NCBI GenBank assembly: GCA_044341525.1
Contig: JBIIRN010000001.1
Coordinates: 1 to 39,256, forward strand
From: Sediminibacterium sp.
GTDB taxonomy: Bacteria; Bacteroidota; Bacteroidia; Chitinophagales; Chitinophagaceae
Reading direction: 5' to 3'
DNA: 39,256 nucleotides
Made by a program: the position numbers and the translations under genes. Under the pieces are notes generated by a model that saw nothing but the letters and a program-made list of their open reading frames with translations, was not told where the DNA came from and searched no databases. Positions 26,750 to 36,644 of the stretch are shown here, piece by piece; the stretch's first letter is position 1, and each line of letters starts with the position of its first letter.

Positions 26750-28828
26750 GTGATTACTATTTCCCGCAACTTCTGGAAACCGGTTCCCTTCCTCCGCATC
26801 GGAATACCCTGGACTATCGGTATTATACTGGGGCATTGGCTGCCTCCCCGGTCTTCTCAATATTCGTTCCTTTTTCCTGCACTGGCACTGATACTGGTTA
26901 CTGAATTGATACCTCTTAAATGGAGTCGTTTATTGGGTGTTTATCGTGGAATTCTCCTGCTTGTTTGGATTGCATTCGCCGGATATGTAAGAACTGGCAT
27001 TCTCTTATTTCCCAACAATCTGCCAGCCGGCATTCAAAACTCTGCTTCCCCAAAAGCCCTAGTTATCTCAGAACCACTGCAACGCTCGGGTAAGGGCTGG
27101 AAAACGATTGCCAATAAACTTTTCATGGAGAGAAATGGGCAATTCACCCGAATGCCGGGGAAAATACTGGTCTACCTGGATAGCACCGCGCCATCACTTC
27201 CTATTGGAACAGGTACTGTTCTGCTCACGTACACCCCCTTGCAAAAAATACCAAAAGCAGCCAATCCGGGTGCCTGGGATCCGGCTGAGTATTATGGTAA
27301 AAAACAAATTTTTTACCAGTGCTATCTGCCAACACAAGGTACCCGAAAAGCCCTGAACAAAAGATCCGCTTATCTGCCTGTTTTTTTACAACGAGTTCAA
27401 CAACATTGTCTCCAAACGCTTAATAGATTCATTGATGGTAAAGAGGAACAAGCTATTGCTGCTGCCTTACTTATCGGCTATAAGCTAGACTTACCTGCTG
27501 AATTAACTTCCGCCTATCGCGATACGGGTATCATCCACGTGATTGCCATCAGCGGAATGCACATGGCCCTGCTCTTCGGCTTGCTTCAGTTACTATTGAC
27601 TCCATTGTCAAAACGAAAAGCCTTCCGGCATTTAGTTCCTGTTTTACTTTTGGTAATCGCCTGGTTATTTTGTCTACTAACCGGAGCCACCCCTTCCATC
27701 CTGAGAGCTGCATTCATCTGTAGCATTTGGGTAATCAGCCAATGGTGGAAAAAAGAAAATCATACCCTCAACTCGCTCGCAGCGTCAGCAGTATGCCTGC
27801 TGATCGTTGATCCGATTTTACTTACCGATGTGGGCTTCCAGCTATCGTATGCAGCCGTTATCGGCATCCTTCTTTTTTCAGGTCCATTGTCAAAAAAATT
27901 CCATTTTTCCAATCCACTTCTTAGAACCATCAGCCAATTAATCGCCGTTACCCTGGCGGCTCAGTTGCTGACATTCCCTTTGTTACTTTATCATTTTCAT
28001 CGCTTCCCGTTGCTGTTCATTTTCACTAACCTCATCGCAGTACCCCTCTCTACTTGCCTTCTCTATTTTGAAATTGCTTTGCTGATGCTAAGTCAGTTTC
28101 AGATGCCGGCGACACTCATCGGCAAGATCATCCAGTGGGGCATTTACACCATGAACCAATGGGCGCTACAAACATCGCAACTACCCGGCACCCTAATTAC
28201 AGGCATCTATCTTTCCCTTCCTCAAACCCTCCTGCTCTTAACTGCGATACTATTCTTTGCTTCCGGAGTAATTTTTGGGATAAAAAAATATGGTTGGACC
28301 GGACTTATTTGTCTATTGGCAGTAATGCTGTTGGGAAGCCTGCGGCAATACCGGGTGATACAACAGCACAAATTGATTGTGTATCATGTCAGGAATCAAT
28401 CTGCCATTCATTTGCTGGAAGGCCAACGACAGTGGCTGCTCACCTTCGGGCGGGAAAAAAATCCTATCTGGGCAGAAAAGTTCATCTCCACGGCCGAGTG
28501 GTACTGGGGGGCAAGGCGGAAAGAAAACCTTCAACATACCTTCCTGCATTATCCCATCCTATCCTCGCAAAAAAAGCTGGTAGTACTGATCGATGGAAGC
28601 AGGAATCTTGCGGATCTGCCTCTTCCGCAAAAGGCAGATCTGATTATTCTGATGCGGAACCCACCCTTTACACTTCACTGGTTATCCAACCGGCTTCAAT
28701 GTTCACAATTCGTTGCCGATGGTAGCAATAGAATGTGGAAAATCAGGGAATGGAAAAAAGAAGCAGCCCGATTACATTTGCATTGTCATTCAACGCCTGA
28801 ACAGGGCGCTTTCATCATCAATTTCTGA
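26750..28828 (+). CDS. comEC: ComEC/Rec2 family DNA-uptake membrane protein
   Basis: GIIHVIAISGMH, PSILRA, DVGFQLSYAAV; N-terminal OB-like region with NPGAWD. Confidence 0.92.
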   Translation: MITISRNFWKPVPFLRIGIPWTIGIILGHWLPPRSSQYSFLFPALALILVTELIPLKWSRLLGVYRGILLLVWIAFAGYVRTGILLFPNNLPAGIQNSASPKALVISEPLQRSGKGWKTIANKLFMERNGQFTRMPGKILVYLDSTAPSLPIGTGTVLLTYTPLQKIPKAANPGAWDPAEYYGKKQIFYQCYLPTQGTRKALNKRSAYLPVFLQRVQQHCLQTLNRFIDGKEEQAIAAALLIGYKLDLPAELTSAYRDTGIIHVIAISGMHMALLFGLLQLLLTPLSKRKAFRHLVPVLLLVIAWLFCLLTGATPSILRAAFICSIWVISQWWKKENHTLNSLAASAVCLLIVDPILLTDVGFQLSYAAVIGILLFSGPLSKKFHFSNPLLRTISQLIAVTLAAQLLTFPLLLYHFHRFPLLFIFTNLIAVPLSTCLLYFEIALLMLSQFQMPATLIGKIIQWGIYTMNQWALQTSQLPGTLITGIYLSLPQTLLLLTAILFFASGVIFGIKKYGWTGLICLLAVMLLGSLRQYRVIQQHKLIVYHVRNQSAIHLLEGQRQWLLTFGREKNPIWAEKFISTAEWYWGARRKENLQHTFLHYPILSSQKKLVVLIDGSRNLADLPLPQKADLIILMRNPPFTLHWLSNRLQCSQFVADGSNRMWKIREWKKEAARLHLHCHSTPEQGAFIINF

Positions 28829-28859
28829 ACAGGCCAAAGGCCTGATTTTATTTAACACC

Positions 28860-30368
28860 ATGGACAAACCGATTAAATCTGCCCTGATTTCCGTTTTTTA
28901 TAAAGACGGACTGGATTCGCTGGCACTTCAATTGCATCGCTTGGGCGTAACCATTTACTCAACCGGGGGTACCCAGCAATTACTGGAAAAATTAGGCATC
29001 CCCTGCATCCCCGTTGATACCCTGACCGGCTATCCGGCTATTCTCGGTGGCCGCGTAAAAACCTTGCACCCCGCCATTTTCGGAGGCATACTGGGTCGCC
29101 GGCACGAAGCAACCGATCTGGAGGAAATGGCAACTTTCCGAATTCCGGAGATTGACCTGGTTATCATTGATCTCTACCCTTTTGAGGAAACACTTAGAAA
29201 TACAAGTGAAGAGAAAGCTATTATTGAAAAAATTGATATCGGCGGTCCCTCCCTGATCCGGTCTGCCGCTAAAAATTTTAAAGACGTGGCGGTGCTGGCC
29301 TCAAAAGAAGATTACAGCTACCTGGAAAAATTACTGGCAGAACAATCCGGCTCTACCACGCTCGAACAAAGAAAAGCACTGGCAGCAAAGGCCTTTGCAG
29401 TAGTAAAGCAATACGATACCGCCATCAGTGATTACTTCAATCCACCCATTCAACAGGTATTACGCTATGGCGAAAATCCACACCAGTTGGCTGCCTTCCA
29501 TGGCGACTTGTCCCAAGTTTTCCAACAACTGCATGGGAAAGAACTTTCGTACAATAACCTGGTAGATGTGGATGCCGCCCTTCAACTGTTGCAGGAATTC
29601 AACGAGGGGACTTCCCCCTTTTCAGGCGAAGCCGTTTTCGCCATCATTAAACACAACAATGTTTGCGGTGCGGCTGTAGCAGAAAATGTTCACAAAGCCT
29701 GGGATAAAGCACTGGCAGGTGATCCGGAAAGTGCCTTCGGCGGTGTGCTCGTTACGAATGCACCCGTGAACCTGGCAACCGCGGAAGCCATTCAGGAAAT
29801 ATTTTTTGAAGTATTGATTGCTCCTGACTTTGAAGAAAACGCCTTGCCGGTGTTAAAAGCGAAGAAGAACCGGATCCTTTTACAACTTCATAATGGATTC
29901 AAATTTCCTTCCCGTCAATACCGCTCTCTCTTGCAAGGTGAATTGAGTCAGGATACCGATCGGGAACTGACTGCCCGCTGGGAGGAAGCGGGTGGCAGAG
30001 AAACAACTGCGGCAGAAAAAACTGATCTGCTTCTGGCCAATATTCTCTGCAAACACCTGAAAAGTAATGCCATCGCTTTGGTAAAAGATAAGCAACTGGT
30101 GGGAAAGGGTTGCGGGCAAACCAGCAGAATCGATGCCCTGCGCCATGCGCTGGAAAAAGCGAAGCAATTTAATTTTTCCCTGCAGGGTGCAGTTCTGGCT
30201 TCAGATGCTTTTTTCCCATTCAACGACTGCGTTCAGATGGGGCATCAGGCAGGCATTACAGCTTTCATTCAACCCGGAGGATCGGTTCGTGATGCTGATA
30301 GCATCAATTACTGCAAGGAAAACCAACTGGCCATGGTGATCACAGGTATGCGCCATTTCAGACACTAA
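28860..30368 (+). CDS. purH: Bifunctional AICAR transformylase / IMP cyclohydrolase
   Basis: ALISVFYK, STGGT, GGRVKTLHP, IDIGGPS, LRYGENPHQ, ASDAFFPF, RHFRH. Start at ATG 28860. Confidence 0.97.
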   Translation: MDKPIKSALISVFYKDGLDSLALQLHRLGVTIYSTGGTQQLLEKLGIPCIPVDTLTGYPAILGGRVKTLHPAIFGGILGRRHEATDLEEMATFRIPEIDLVIIDLYPFEETLRNTSEEKAIIEKIDIGGPSLIRSAAKNFKDVAVLASKEDYSYLEKLLAEQSGSTTLEQRKALAAKAFAVVKQYDTAISDYFNPPIQQVLRYGENPHQLAAFHGDLSQVFQQLHGKELSYNNLVDVDAALQLLQEFNEGTSPFSGEAVFAIIKHNNVCGAAVAENVHKAWDKALAGDPESAFGGVLVTNAPVNLATAEAIQEIFFEVLIAPDFEENALPVLKAKKNRILLQLHNGFKFPSRQYRSLLQGELSQDTDRELTARWEEAGGRETTAAEKTDLLLANILCKHLKSNAIALVKDKQLVGKGCGQTSRIDALRHALEKAKQFNFSLQGAVLASDAFFPFNDCVQMGHQAGITAFIQPGGSVRDADSINYCKENQLAMVITGMRHFRH

Positions 30369-30386
30369 AAAACCCAACCCATTCAT

Positions 30387-31310
30387 TTGACCCGATTACA
30401 AAAAGCATATGGGGCGTTGGCATTGACCAGCGTCCTTTGGGGTACCACCTGGGTTGCCAGTAAAATGGCTGTGCAACGGGCACCCGGGTTACAAGTAGCA
30501 GGAATCCGACAATTGATTGCAGGTACTTTACTGGTTAGCTGGTTTCTTTTTCGGGGTGAAAAATTACCCCGGCGTGATCAAATGGGTTGGCTGATACTCA
30601 TGGGGCTACTAATGTTTGTCTGTTCGAACGGACTGGCAACAGTTAGTTTAAAATATATTTCCAGCGGACTCAGCTCTCTCATTGCCTCCCTCTATCCCCT
30701 CTGTGTTGTTTTGATGGAATTAGCATTTTGGGGGAATAAAAAAATTAATCAGCTCACTTTTCTGGGTCTGATGCTGGGTATCGGCGGTATTGCCGTCGTT
30801 CTTTACAGTAATGCATTTCACGCCACGGGTGAACATTACCTGATCGGTATGATTCTTTCTTTTATCTCTATGCTGGGTTGGAGTGTTGCCACCCTTTTGA
30901 TTGCAAGAAATAAAGTCAATATCAACCCCTACTTTGCTACCGGATGGCAAATGCTGATTGGATCATTCGTTCTTTTACTATTGTCTGTAAGCACAGGAAA
31001 TTTCATTCCCCTGGGCGAATTACCCCCTATCACCTGGCTCTCCATTGCCTACCTGGTATTAGCCGGTTCGGTCGTTGCGTTTGTGGCTTTCATTTATTCT
31101 ATGAAAAACCTGGAACCTGCGATTGCATCACTCTATGCTTACCTGAACCCCATCGTAGCCATCTTTACCGGTGCCTGGTTAACCGATGAACACCTCAGCT
31201 GGCCCATCCTGCTGGGTTCTTTGGTAACCCTGATCGGAGTGTATGTGGTGAATAAAAGTTTACATAGAGAAAAAGAGAAGTCGGCTACCATTGATGCCGA
31301 TGCGGTCTGA
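30387..31310 (+). CDS. EamA/DMT family transporter
   Basis: LWGTTW, about 10 TM segments, YAYLNPIVA. TTG start. Confidence 0.9.
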   Translation: MTRLQKAYGALALTSVLWGTTWVASKMAVQRAPGLQVAGIRQLIAGTLLVSWFLFRGEKLPRRDQMGWLILMGLLMFVCSNGLATVSLKYISSGLSSLIASLYPLCVVLMELAFWGNKKINQLTFLGLMLGIGGIAVVLYSNAFHATGEHYLIGMILSFISMLGWSVATLLIARNKVNINPYFATGWQMLIGSFVLLLLSVSTGNFIPLGELPPITWLSIAYLVLAGSVVAFVAFIYSMKNLEPAIASLYAYLNPIVAIFTGAWLTDEHLSWPILLGSLVTLIGVYVVNKSLHREKEKSATIDADAV

Positions 31311-31313
31311 TTT

Positions 31314-32609
31314 TCATCGATTATCTTCTGATTCCATCCATGCTTCTGCGACCTTTCGCCAGCTTTCCTCCGCCAAACAATGTGGATGAAATACAACCTG
31401 CAAATGCCGAATAATTCCCCTGTACTGACTCCGGATATTTGACAAAAAATGAAGCGCTGCATCCGGATCTATTTTTTGTTGAAAAATTGCAACGGTATCC
31501 ATGTAAAAAAATGGGTGTATCATCAAAGAACTAACTTCATTCTTACTCAAATCGAACCAGGGAAAAGCATCTGCATAGGAAGCTCTGAAACCATTCACCT
31601 CACCATAACCCATACTGTATTCATGTTGTATACCTAGTTCAGTGAGGGTTCGATAAGATTCGAGTAATTGAAAACGCAAGTAATGAAAGCGACTACTTCT
31701 CAGCGTCTGGCCTACCACCTGCTCCACTCTTTTCAGTTCATCTCCCAATAAATCAGGCTGCCTGTAGGAAGCCCACGATGGATGCCAGCCTATTTCCCCC
31801 TCATCCTTACAGCGATTAAGTATCTTTTTTACTGCCGGATGTCCCACCGATAATTGTCTGTCATTTCCACCTACTTTTTCAGCACCGGAAAAAAAGAAGA
31901 GGGGCCGATGGGGAAGATGAACCATCGATTTCCATAAACTTTGCCAGGCATCATAAGGATCAGTCTTCTTACCTGCCATCACTTGATATTGTGCTTGTAA
32001 CAACCTAAAATCTGCTGTTAACAAACTGCGCAGCCCTCTCTTCAACTGCCTCCACCATGATACATGACGGAATTGAAACAATTCATCCATATCGAAGGTG
32101 AACTGCACGTCGGGTTCTGACTTAATTTCTGGTAAAGAGTGGAGTCTGAAATTTTCGCGAATCTTCGCCCTCCATTCCTGCACCAATGGCCTGTTTAAAA
32201 ATCCAGACCGATAAGCCAGACTGGCATTTGCCGGAAAGCGACCATAGGCATCAGGCTGAAAGGGAAGATATTCCTCATACCGACTGATCAGAAAAAATGA
32301 AGCAGCGAACCAATCAAACGGAATTTCTCCCTTGCCCTGAAAAAATACAGGTAGCATTTCCCATACGGAAAGATGTACGTCAACAGCTTCTATAATTTGA
32401 TTTTGTAATAGTCCTACCGGCTGAATATGCAACACACCGGTACAAATTATCTCTTGCGTATATTGAATCCTATCACCTTTAAATAAGAGAAATTCATCGA
32501 GATCGTTCGTCACTGCTGCGCGATTCTCCCATAATACATTAATGATGTAGTCAAGTCGGGGACTTAATTTCTCAGAATAAACCAGACAGGAAGTTTCCGG
32601 TATAGGCAT
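31314..32609 (-). CDS. Polysaccharide deacetylase-like protein (Bacteroidota DUF7033 type)
   Basis: FFLISRYEEY, DAYGRF, TFDMD, EIGWHPS, RFHYLRF, GFRAS, MDT motifs. Confidence 0.72.
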   Translation of the reverse strand: MPIPETSCLVYSEKLSPRLDYIINVLWENRAAVTNDLDEFLLFKGDRIQYTQEIICTGVLHIQPVGLLQNQIIEAVDVHLSVWEMLPVFFQGKGEIPFDWFAASFFLISRYEEYLPFQPDAYGRFPANASLAYRSGFLNRPLVQEWRAKIRENFRLHSLPEIKSEPDVQFTFDMDELFQFRHVSWWRQLKRGLRSLLTADFRLLQAQYQVMAGKKTDPYDAWQSLWKSMVHLPHRPLFFFSGAEKVGGNDRQLSVGHPAVKKILNRCKDEGEIGWHPSWASYRQPDLLGDELKRVEQVVGQTLRSSRFHYLRFQLLESYRTLTELGIQHEYSMGYGEVNGFRASYADAFPWFDLSKNEVSSLMIHPFFYMDTVAIFQQKIDPDAALHFLSNIRSQYRGIIRHLQVVFHPHCLAEESWRKVAEAWMESEDNR

Positions 32610-32624
32610 GTAACGGAAGATAAA

Positions 32625-34004
32625 TCATTGGGAGGAACCTTGCTCTTTCCACCATTCATTGAAGGTTTTTTCAGCAAAGTCCAGATCACTCCGGTGGGCA
32701 GTCCATCCCTTGAATACACGATTGACGACCCAATTTTTTAAACGGGCACTGCCCATGTTGAGCATCGGACGATTGAGACTGGCCATTTTCCACATCTTCC
32801 AGGCCACCCGCTCACCCATGCTGCTCATTCCCTGGATCACCGCTTCATGTCTGTTATCGAGCAGCATTTCATGTAGCTGAATATTGACGGGACAAACTTC
32901 TGTGCAATTGCCACACAGTGAGGAAGCATAACTGAGGTGCTGGTACTCTTCCATTCCCTTCAGGTGTGGTGTAATTACTTTACCAATAGGACCGCTATAA
33001 GTGGTTTCATAAGAGTGTCCGCCAATGTTTTTGTATACCGGACAAGCATTCAGGCAAGCGCCGCAGCGAATACAATACAAGGCCTCACGGAAATCAGGTT
33101 GCTCCAATAAATGTGTACGACCATTATCCAACAAGATTACATACATCTCTTCCGGACCATCCGTCTCGCCGGACTGCCGGGGACCGGTAATAATAGAATT
33201 ATAAACCGTTACTTGCTGACCCGTACCGAAAGTAGAAAGCAGGGGCCAGAATAAAGACAGGTCATGTACAGAAGGAAGTACTTTTTCAATTCCCACTACT
33301 ACAATATGAGTGGAAGGCCAGGCACAACTAAGTCGGGCATTCCCCTCATTCTCTGTGATGGCGATGCCGCCAATATCGGCGAGAATAAAGTTGCCGCCGG
33401 TAACCCCTACCTGAGCAGTAGTATATTTTTCTCTCAATATTTTTCTGGCTACCTGGGTAAGTTCTTCCGGACTCAAATGGGCGGGGGTACCTAATTTTTC
33501 AGCGAACAATTTGGCGACATCTTCCTTGCTTTTGTGCATGGCAGGGGTAACAATATGATAAGGCGCCTCACCATCGAGCTGCTGGATATATTCACCCAAA
33601 TCAGTCTCTACACTTTCAATTCCCTGCTGCTCGAGAAAATCATTGAGGTGGATCTCTTCTGTCACCATGCTCTTGCTTTTCACCAGCGTAGTACAATTTT
33701 TTTCCCGGCAAATGGTACCAATCGCATCGAGTGCCTGCTGAGTATCTTCGGCCCAGATAACTTTGGCACCGCGGGCAGTGATGCGTTCTTCAAATTCCAG
33801 GAGATAGCGATCGAGGTGTTCAATGGCTTCCCATTTTCTATTCTTAGCCATCTTCCTGCTATCCGCTAAAGAGGTGAACTGCTTCTTCCCCAAAGGAACA
33901 GTAGCGTTGTATTTACCAATATTAAAATTGATCTTACGACGATGTTCCAGATCGCCTGCCTTGATGGTGCTCTTGGCAATAAAGGAGGAAGCAGTTTTAG
34001 TCAT
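32625..34004 (-). CDS. lutB: Lactate utilization Fe-S protein LutB/LldF
   Basis: KSKSMVTEEI, ETDLGEYI, ENEGN, CIRCGACLNACP, SSLCGNCTEVCP. Start at ATG 34004. Confidence 0.93.
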   Translation of the reverse strand: MTKTASSFIAKSTIKAGDLEHRRKINFNIGKYNATVPLGKKQFTSLADSRKMAKNRKWEAIEHLDRYLLEFEERITARGAKVIWAEDTQQALDAIGTICREKNCTTLVKSKSMVTEEIHLNDFLEQQGIESVETDLGEYIQQLDGEAPYHIVTPAMHKSKEDVAKLFAEKLGTPAHLSPEELTQVARKILREKYTTAQVGVTGGNFILADIGGIAITENEGNARLSCAWPSTHIVVVGIEKVLPSVHDLSLFWPLLSTFGTGQQVTVYNSIITGPRQSGETDGPEEMYVILLDNGRTHLLEQPDFREALYCIRCGACLNACPVYKNIGGHSYETTYSGPIGKVITPHLKGMEEYQHLSYASSLCGNCTEVCPVNIQLHEMLLDNRHEAVIQGMSSMGERVAWKMWKMASLNRPMLNMGSARLKNWVVNRVFKGWTAHRSDLDFAEKTFNEWWKEQGSSQ

Positions 34005-34596
34005 GTTGATTTTTCCCACTGTTTAATCTCTCTGCTGCGGCTGTCAATGCCTCAAAAAATTCAGTTCCATACTTCCGAATCAGTGCATCTTTCACAAAGG
34101 TAAAGACTGGAACTTTTAGTTCTTTGCCGAGAGAGCAGGCAGATTGACAAAGGTCCTGCCTGGGTTCATAATTTAGGTATTCTATATCCGGATCCTTCCG
34201 GCTTTTTTTGATGCGGATTGGGAAGAGATGGCAGCTGATTGGTTTTTTCCACTTTATTTTTCCGTCGAGATATGCCTGTTCTATAGCACAAAGAATTACG
34301 CCATTGGCATCCTTCCTACCATAGGCACAAAGTGCACCATTGAGGGTAGGTGTAACCCAGCCAAAGGAACGATCGTAATAATAGCGACCTGACCGCTTCA
34401 CTTCCTCGATTCCCTCGGGTGTCATATAGGATTCAATAACGGAGTAGGCCTTATTGAGTTCCGCTAATTCTGCCTTTTCCAGCGGGGCGCCGGCGTCACC
34501 ATCTTCACAGCATCCGCCTTTGCAGCGACTCAGGTTGCAGACAAACTGTTCCTCCACTATCTCATCGCTGACTAAAACCTGATCGATTGCTATCAT
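33997..34596 (-). CDS. DUF3109 family Cys-rich protein
   Basis: FVCNLSRCKGGCC.DGDAGAPL, CAIE, KPISCHLFP, ALIRKYG. Confidence 0.85.
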   Translation of the reverse strand: MIAIDQVLVSDEIVEEQFVCNLSRCKGGCCEDGDAGAPLEKAELAELNKAYSVIESYMTPEGIEEVKRSGRYYYDRSFGWVTPTLNGALCAYGRKDANGVILCAIEQAYLDGKIKWKKPISCHLFPIRIKKSRKDPDIEYLNYEPRQDLCQSACSLGKELKVPVFTFVKDALIRKYGTEFFEALTAAAERLNSGKNQHD

Positions 34597-34635
34597 ATCA
34601 ATAAATATTTGTAAAGTTATGGGAAGAAATCGAGG

Positions 34636-35241
34636 TTATTTATTTCTCCAGCGAAGGGTATTGACGAGGTGTTTCATATCTGCGAGTAAAAAATCATTCA
34701 CAATACCTAAGGAATCCTGGTTAGGAGTGGCGTCGAAATAAAGTGCTCCTCGCAGAAAATGGCGAACGGAATCGGTAACAAAAAACTGGTGGGCAGTCGC
34801 CACATTACCTCCAACGGTAAAGTAAACACCCGGAACCCGGTTGGAGGTGATAAAAGCAGTATCCTCTATCGAGTAGGCCATAGTATTGTGCTTATTGGTG
34901 AGCCGATAGGCATCCCTGATCAGAGTGTCGAGCCTTATTTTCCCGATTTCTTTGTAACTGATGTAGATTCTGCCGTTGAAGTCTGGAAATTCCACATTGA
35001 TCCACCAGGGATTCTCAGTAGGTTCACCGAAATAAGTAGAGTCTTTCATCACCTTAGCATATACCGGATATTCGAAGGTGTAAGGATAACCCGGCACATC
35101 AAAACTTTGATAAGCCCTTTGGGGAAATTGGATTGCAAAATAACCGGCAGGTTTTGGAGTATAGGAACTGTTACAGGAGATAAATAGCAGGAACAAGCAA
35201 CAGCCGATAAAGCAACGGAAAATATTGGGATTGATCGACAT
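34636..35241 (-). CDS. gldD: Gliding motility lipoprotein GldD
   Basis: Lipobox FISC, PKP.GY, PYTFEYP, QFFVTDSVRHFLRGALYF; downstream of gldE. Confidence 0.9.
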   Translation of the reverse strand: MSINPNIFRCFIGCCLFLLFISCNSSYTPKPAGYFAIQFPQRAYQSFDVPGYPYTFEYPVYAKVMKDSTYFGEPTENPWWINVEFPDFNGRIYISYKEIGKIRLDTLIRDAYRLTNKHNTMAYSIEDTAFITSNRVPGVYFTVGGNVATAHQFFVTDSVRHFLRGALYFDATPNQDSLGIVNDFLLADMKHLVNTLRWRNK

Positions 35242-35244
35242 GGC

Positions 35245-36591
35245 TTAATCGGTATGAGTTTGCTGTTTGATGGTTACCTTCACTTTATTGATGCGGTTTT
35301 TCACTACATCCAATACAGTGAATTCGAAGTCCCCCGATTGAATTATTTGCTGAGGCTTGGGAATCTCCCCTGCGATTTCCAGCACCAATCCGGCAAGTGA
35401 ATCACTCTCTCCCCGAACCGTGTCGAAGGTATCTTTTTGCAATTCCATGATACGGCAAACATCGTTGATCATGGTTTTCCCTTCAAAAAGATAATTGTTG
35501 TCATCAATCTTTTTATAGTTTGTTTCCTCGTCATCAAATTCATCCTTGATATCACCAATGATCTCTTCGAGTATATCTTCCAAGGTAACGATACCGCTGG
35601 TCCCACCGAATTCATCTACTACAACTGCAAAATGGATTCGTTTCTGTTGAAACTCTTTCAACAAATCTTCAATGAACTTTTGTTCATGTACAAAATAGGG
35701 CGGACGAATCAGACTTTGCCAACGATAAGTATCGTCTTCATGCAGATGAGCCAGGAGGTCTTTGGTATGAATCATACCGATTACATTATCGAGATCATCC
35801 TGATAAACGGGGAGCCGACTATAGCGAAGCTCCTTTACCAATGCCAACAATGCAGTAAATTGAGTATTCTCAGCGATACCACTCACATCTACCCGTGTTT
35901 TCATGATTTGCTTTACGGTGATATTGCCAAACTTCACAATACCCTTGAGAATTTGCTTTTCATTTTCAGTGGCAGTCAGTTCGGAAGTCAAATCTATAGC
36001 ATGATCCAGTTCTTCCAGACTCACGGCTCCACGGGAACGATGGGCCAGCTTATTTTCCACCCAATCGGAATAGGTGACCAAAAATTTGGCCAGTCGCCTG
36101 CAGGCATAATAGATAAGTAGAATAACGCCACCAAAATCACGCGCAAATCGAATATTGTTTTGTGTTGCCAGCACCTTCGGCATAATCTCACCCAGTAGTA
36201 CCAGCAGTACAGAAACCAATACAACTTTGATCACAAACTCAAGCCATTCTGCTTGGAGTAGATCAAAATTGAATAGATCATCTATCAGTAAATTAGAAAT
36301 GATGATGATGGAAATATTGACAAAGCTATTGGCAATTAATAATGATCCCAATAAAATAACCGGATCTTCCAGCAATTGGAGAATACGGGCATAGGCCGGC
36401 TGTTGTTTGGTTTTTATCAGGTTAACGTCTTTGAAAGTCAGGGAAAAGAAAGCCACTTCTGCACCGGATAAAACAAAAGACAGAAAGAACAGGATCATTA
36501 AAACGATCACCAGCAAGGTGGTTCCCTGTGTTTGAACGGCCGACAGAAGTATGCCGGGAGGGAAAGACTGAAAGTACGAGTGGTGGTCCAA
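35245..36591 (-). CDS. gldE: Gliding motility-associated protein GldE (DUF21-CBS-CorC)
   Basis: SGAEVAFFSL, GEIMPK, YSRLPVY, VVDEFGGTSGIVTLED, C-terminal CorC domain. TTG start. Confidence 0.9.
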   Translation of the reverse strand: MDHHSYFQSFPPGILLSAVQTQGTTLLVIVLMILFFLSFVLSGAEVAFFSLTFKDVNLIKTKQQPAYARILQLLEDPVILLGSLLIANSFVNISIIIISNLLIDDLFNFDLLQAEWLEFVIKVVLVSVLLVLLGEIMPKVLATQNNIRFARDFGGVILLIYYACRRLAKFLVTYSDWVENKLAHRSRGAVSLEELDHAIDLTSELTATENEKQILKGIVKFGNITVKQIMKTRVDVSGIAENTQFTALLALVKELRYSRLPVYQDDLDNVIGMIHTKDLLAHLHEDDTYRWQSLIRPPYFVHEQKFIEDLLKEFQQKRIHFAVVVDEFGGTSGIVTLEDILEEIIGDIKDEFDDEETNYKKIDDNNYLFEGKTMINDVCRIMELQKDTFDTVRGESDSLAGLVLEIAGEIPKPQQIIQSGDFEFTVLDVVKNRINKVKVTIKQQTHTD

Positions 36592-36644
36592 CTATTTTTT
36601 ATTTTGAAGGTGAAAAAATGATTTTCACCCCTCTTGCAAATTTA

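Noticed and set aside
28360-28828. ComEC C-terminus lacks a metallo-beta-lactamase HxHxDH motif
   Set aside because: ComEC proteins with absent or degenerate MBL domains are common, so this is not evidence of novelty or pseudogenisation.
28713-28859. Long comEC/purH overlap in the ORF track
   Set aside because: PurH similarity starts at ATG 28860, downstream of the comEC stop.
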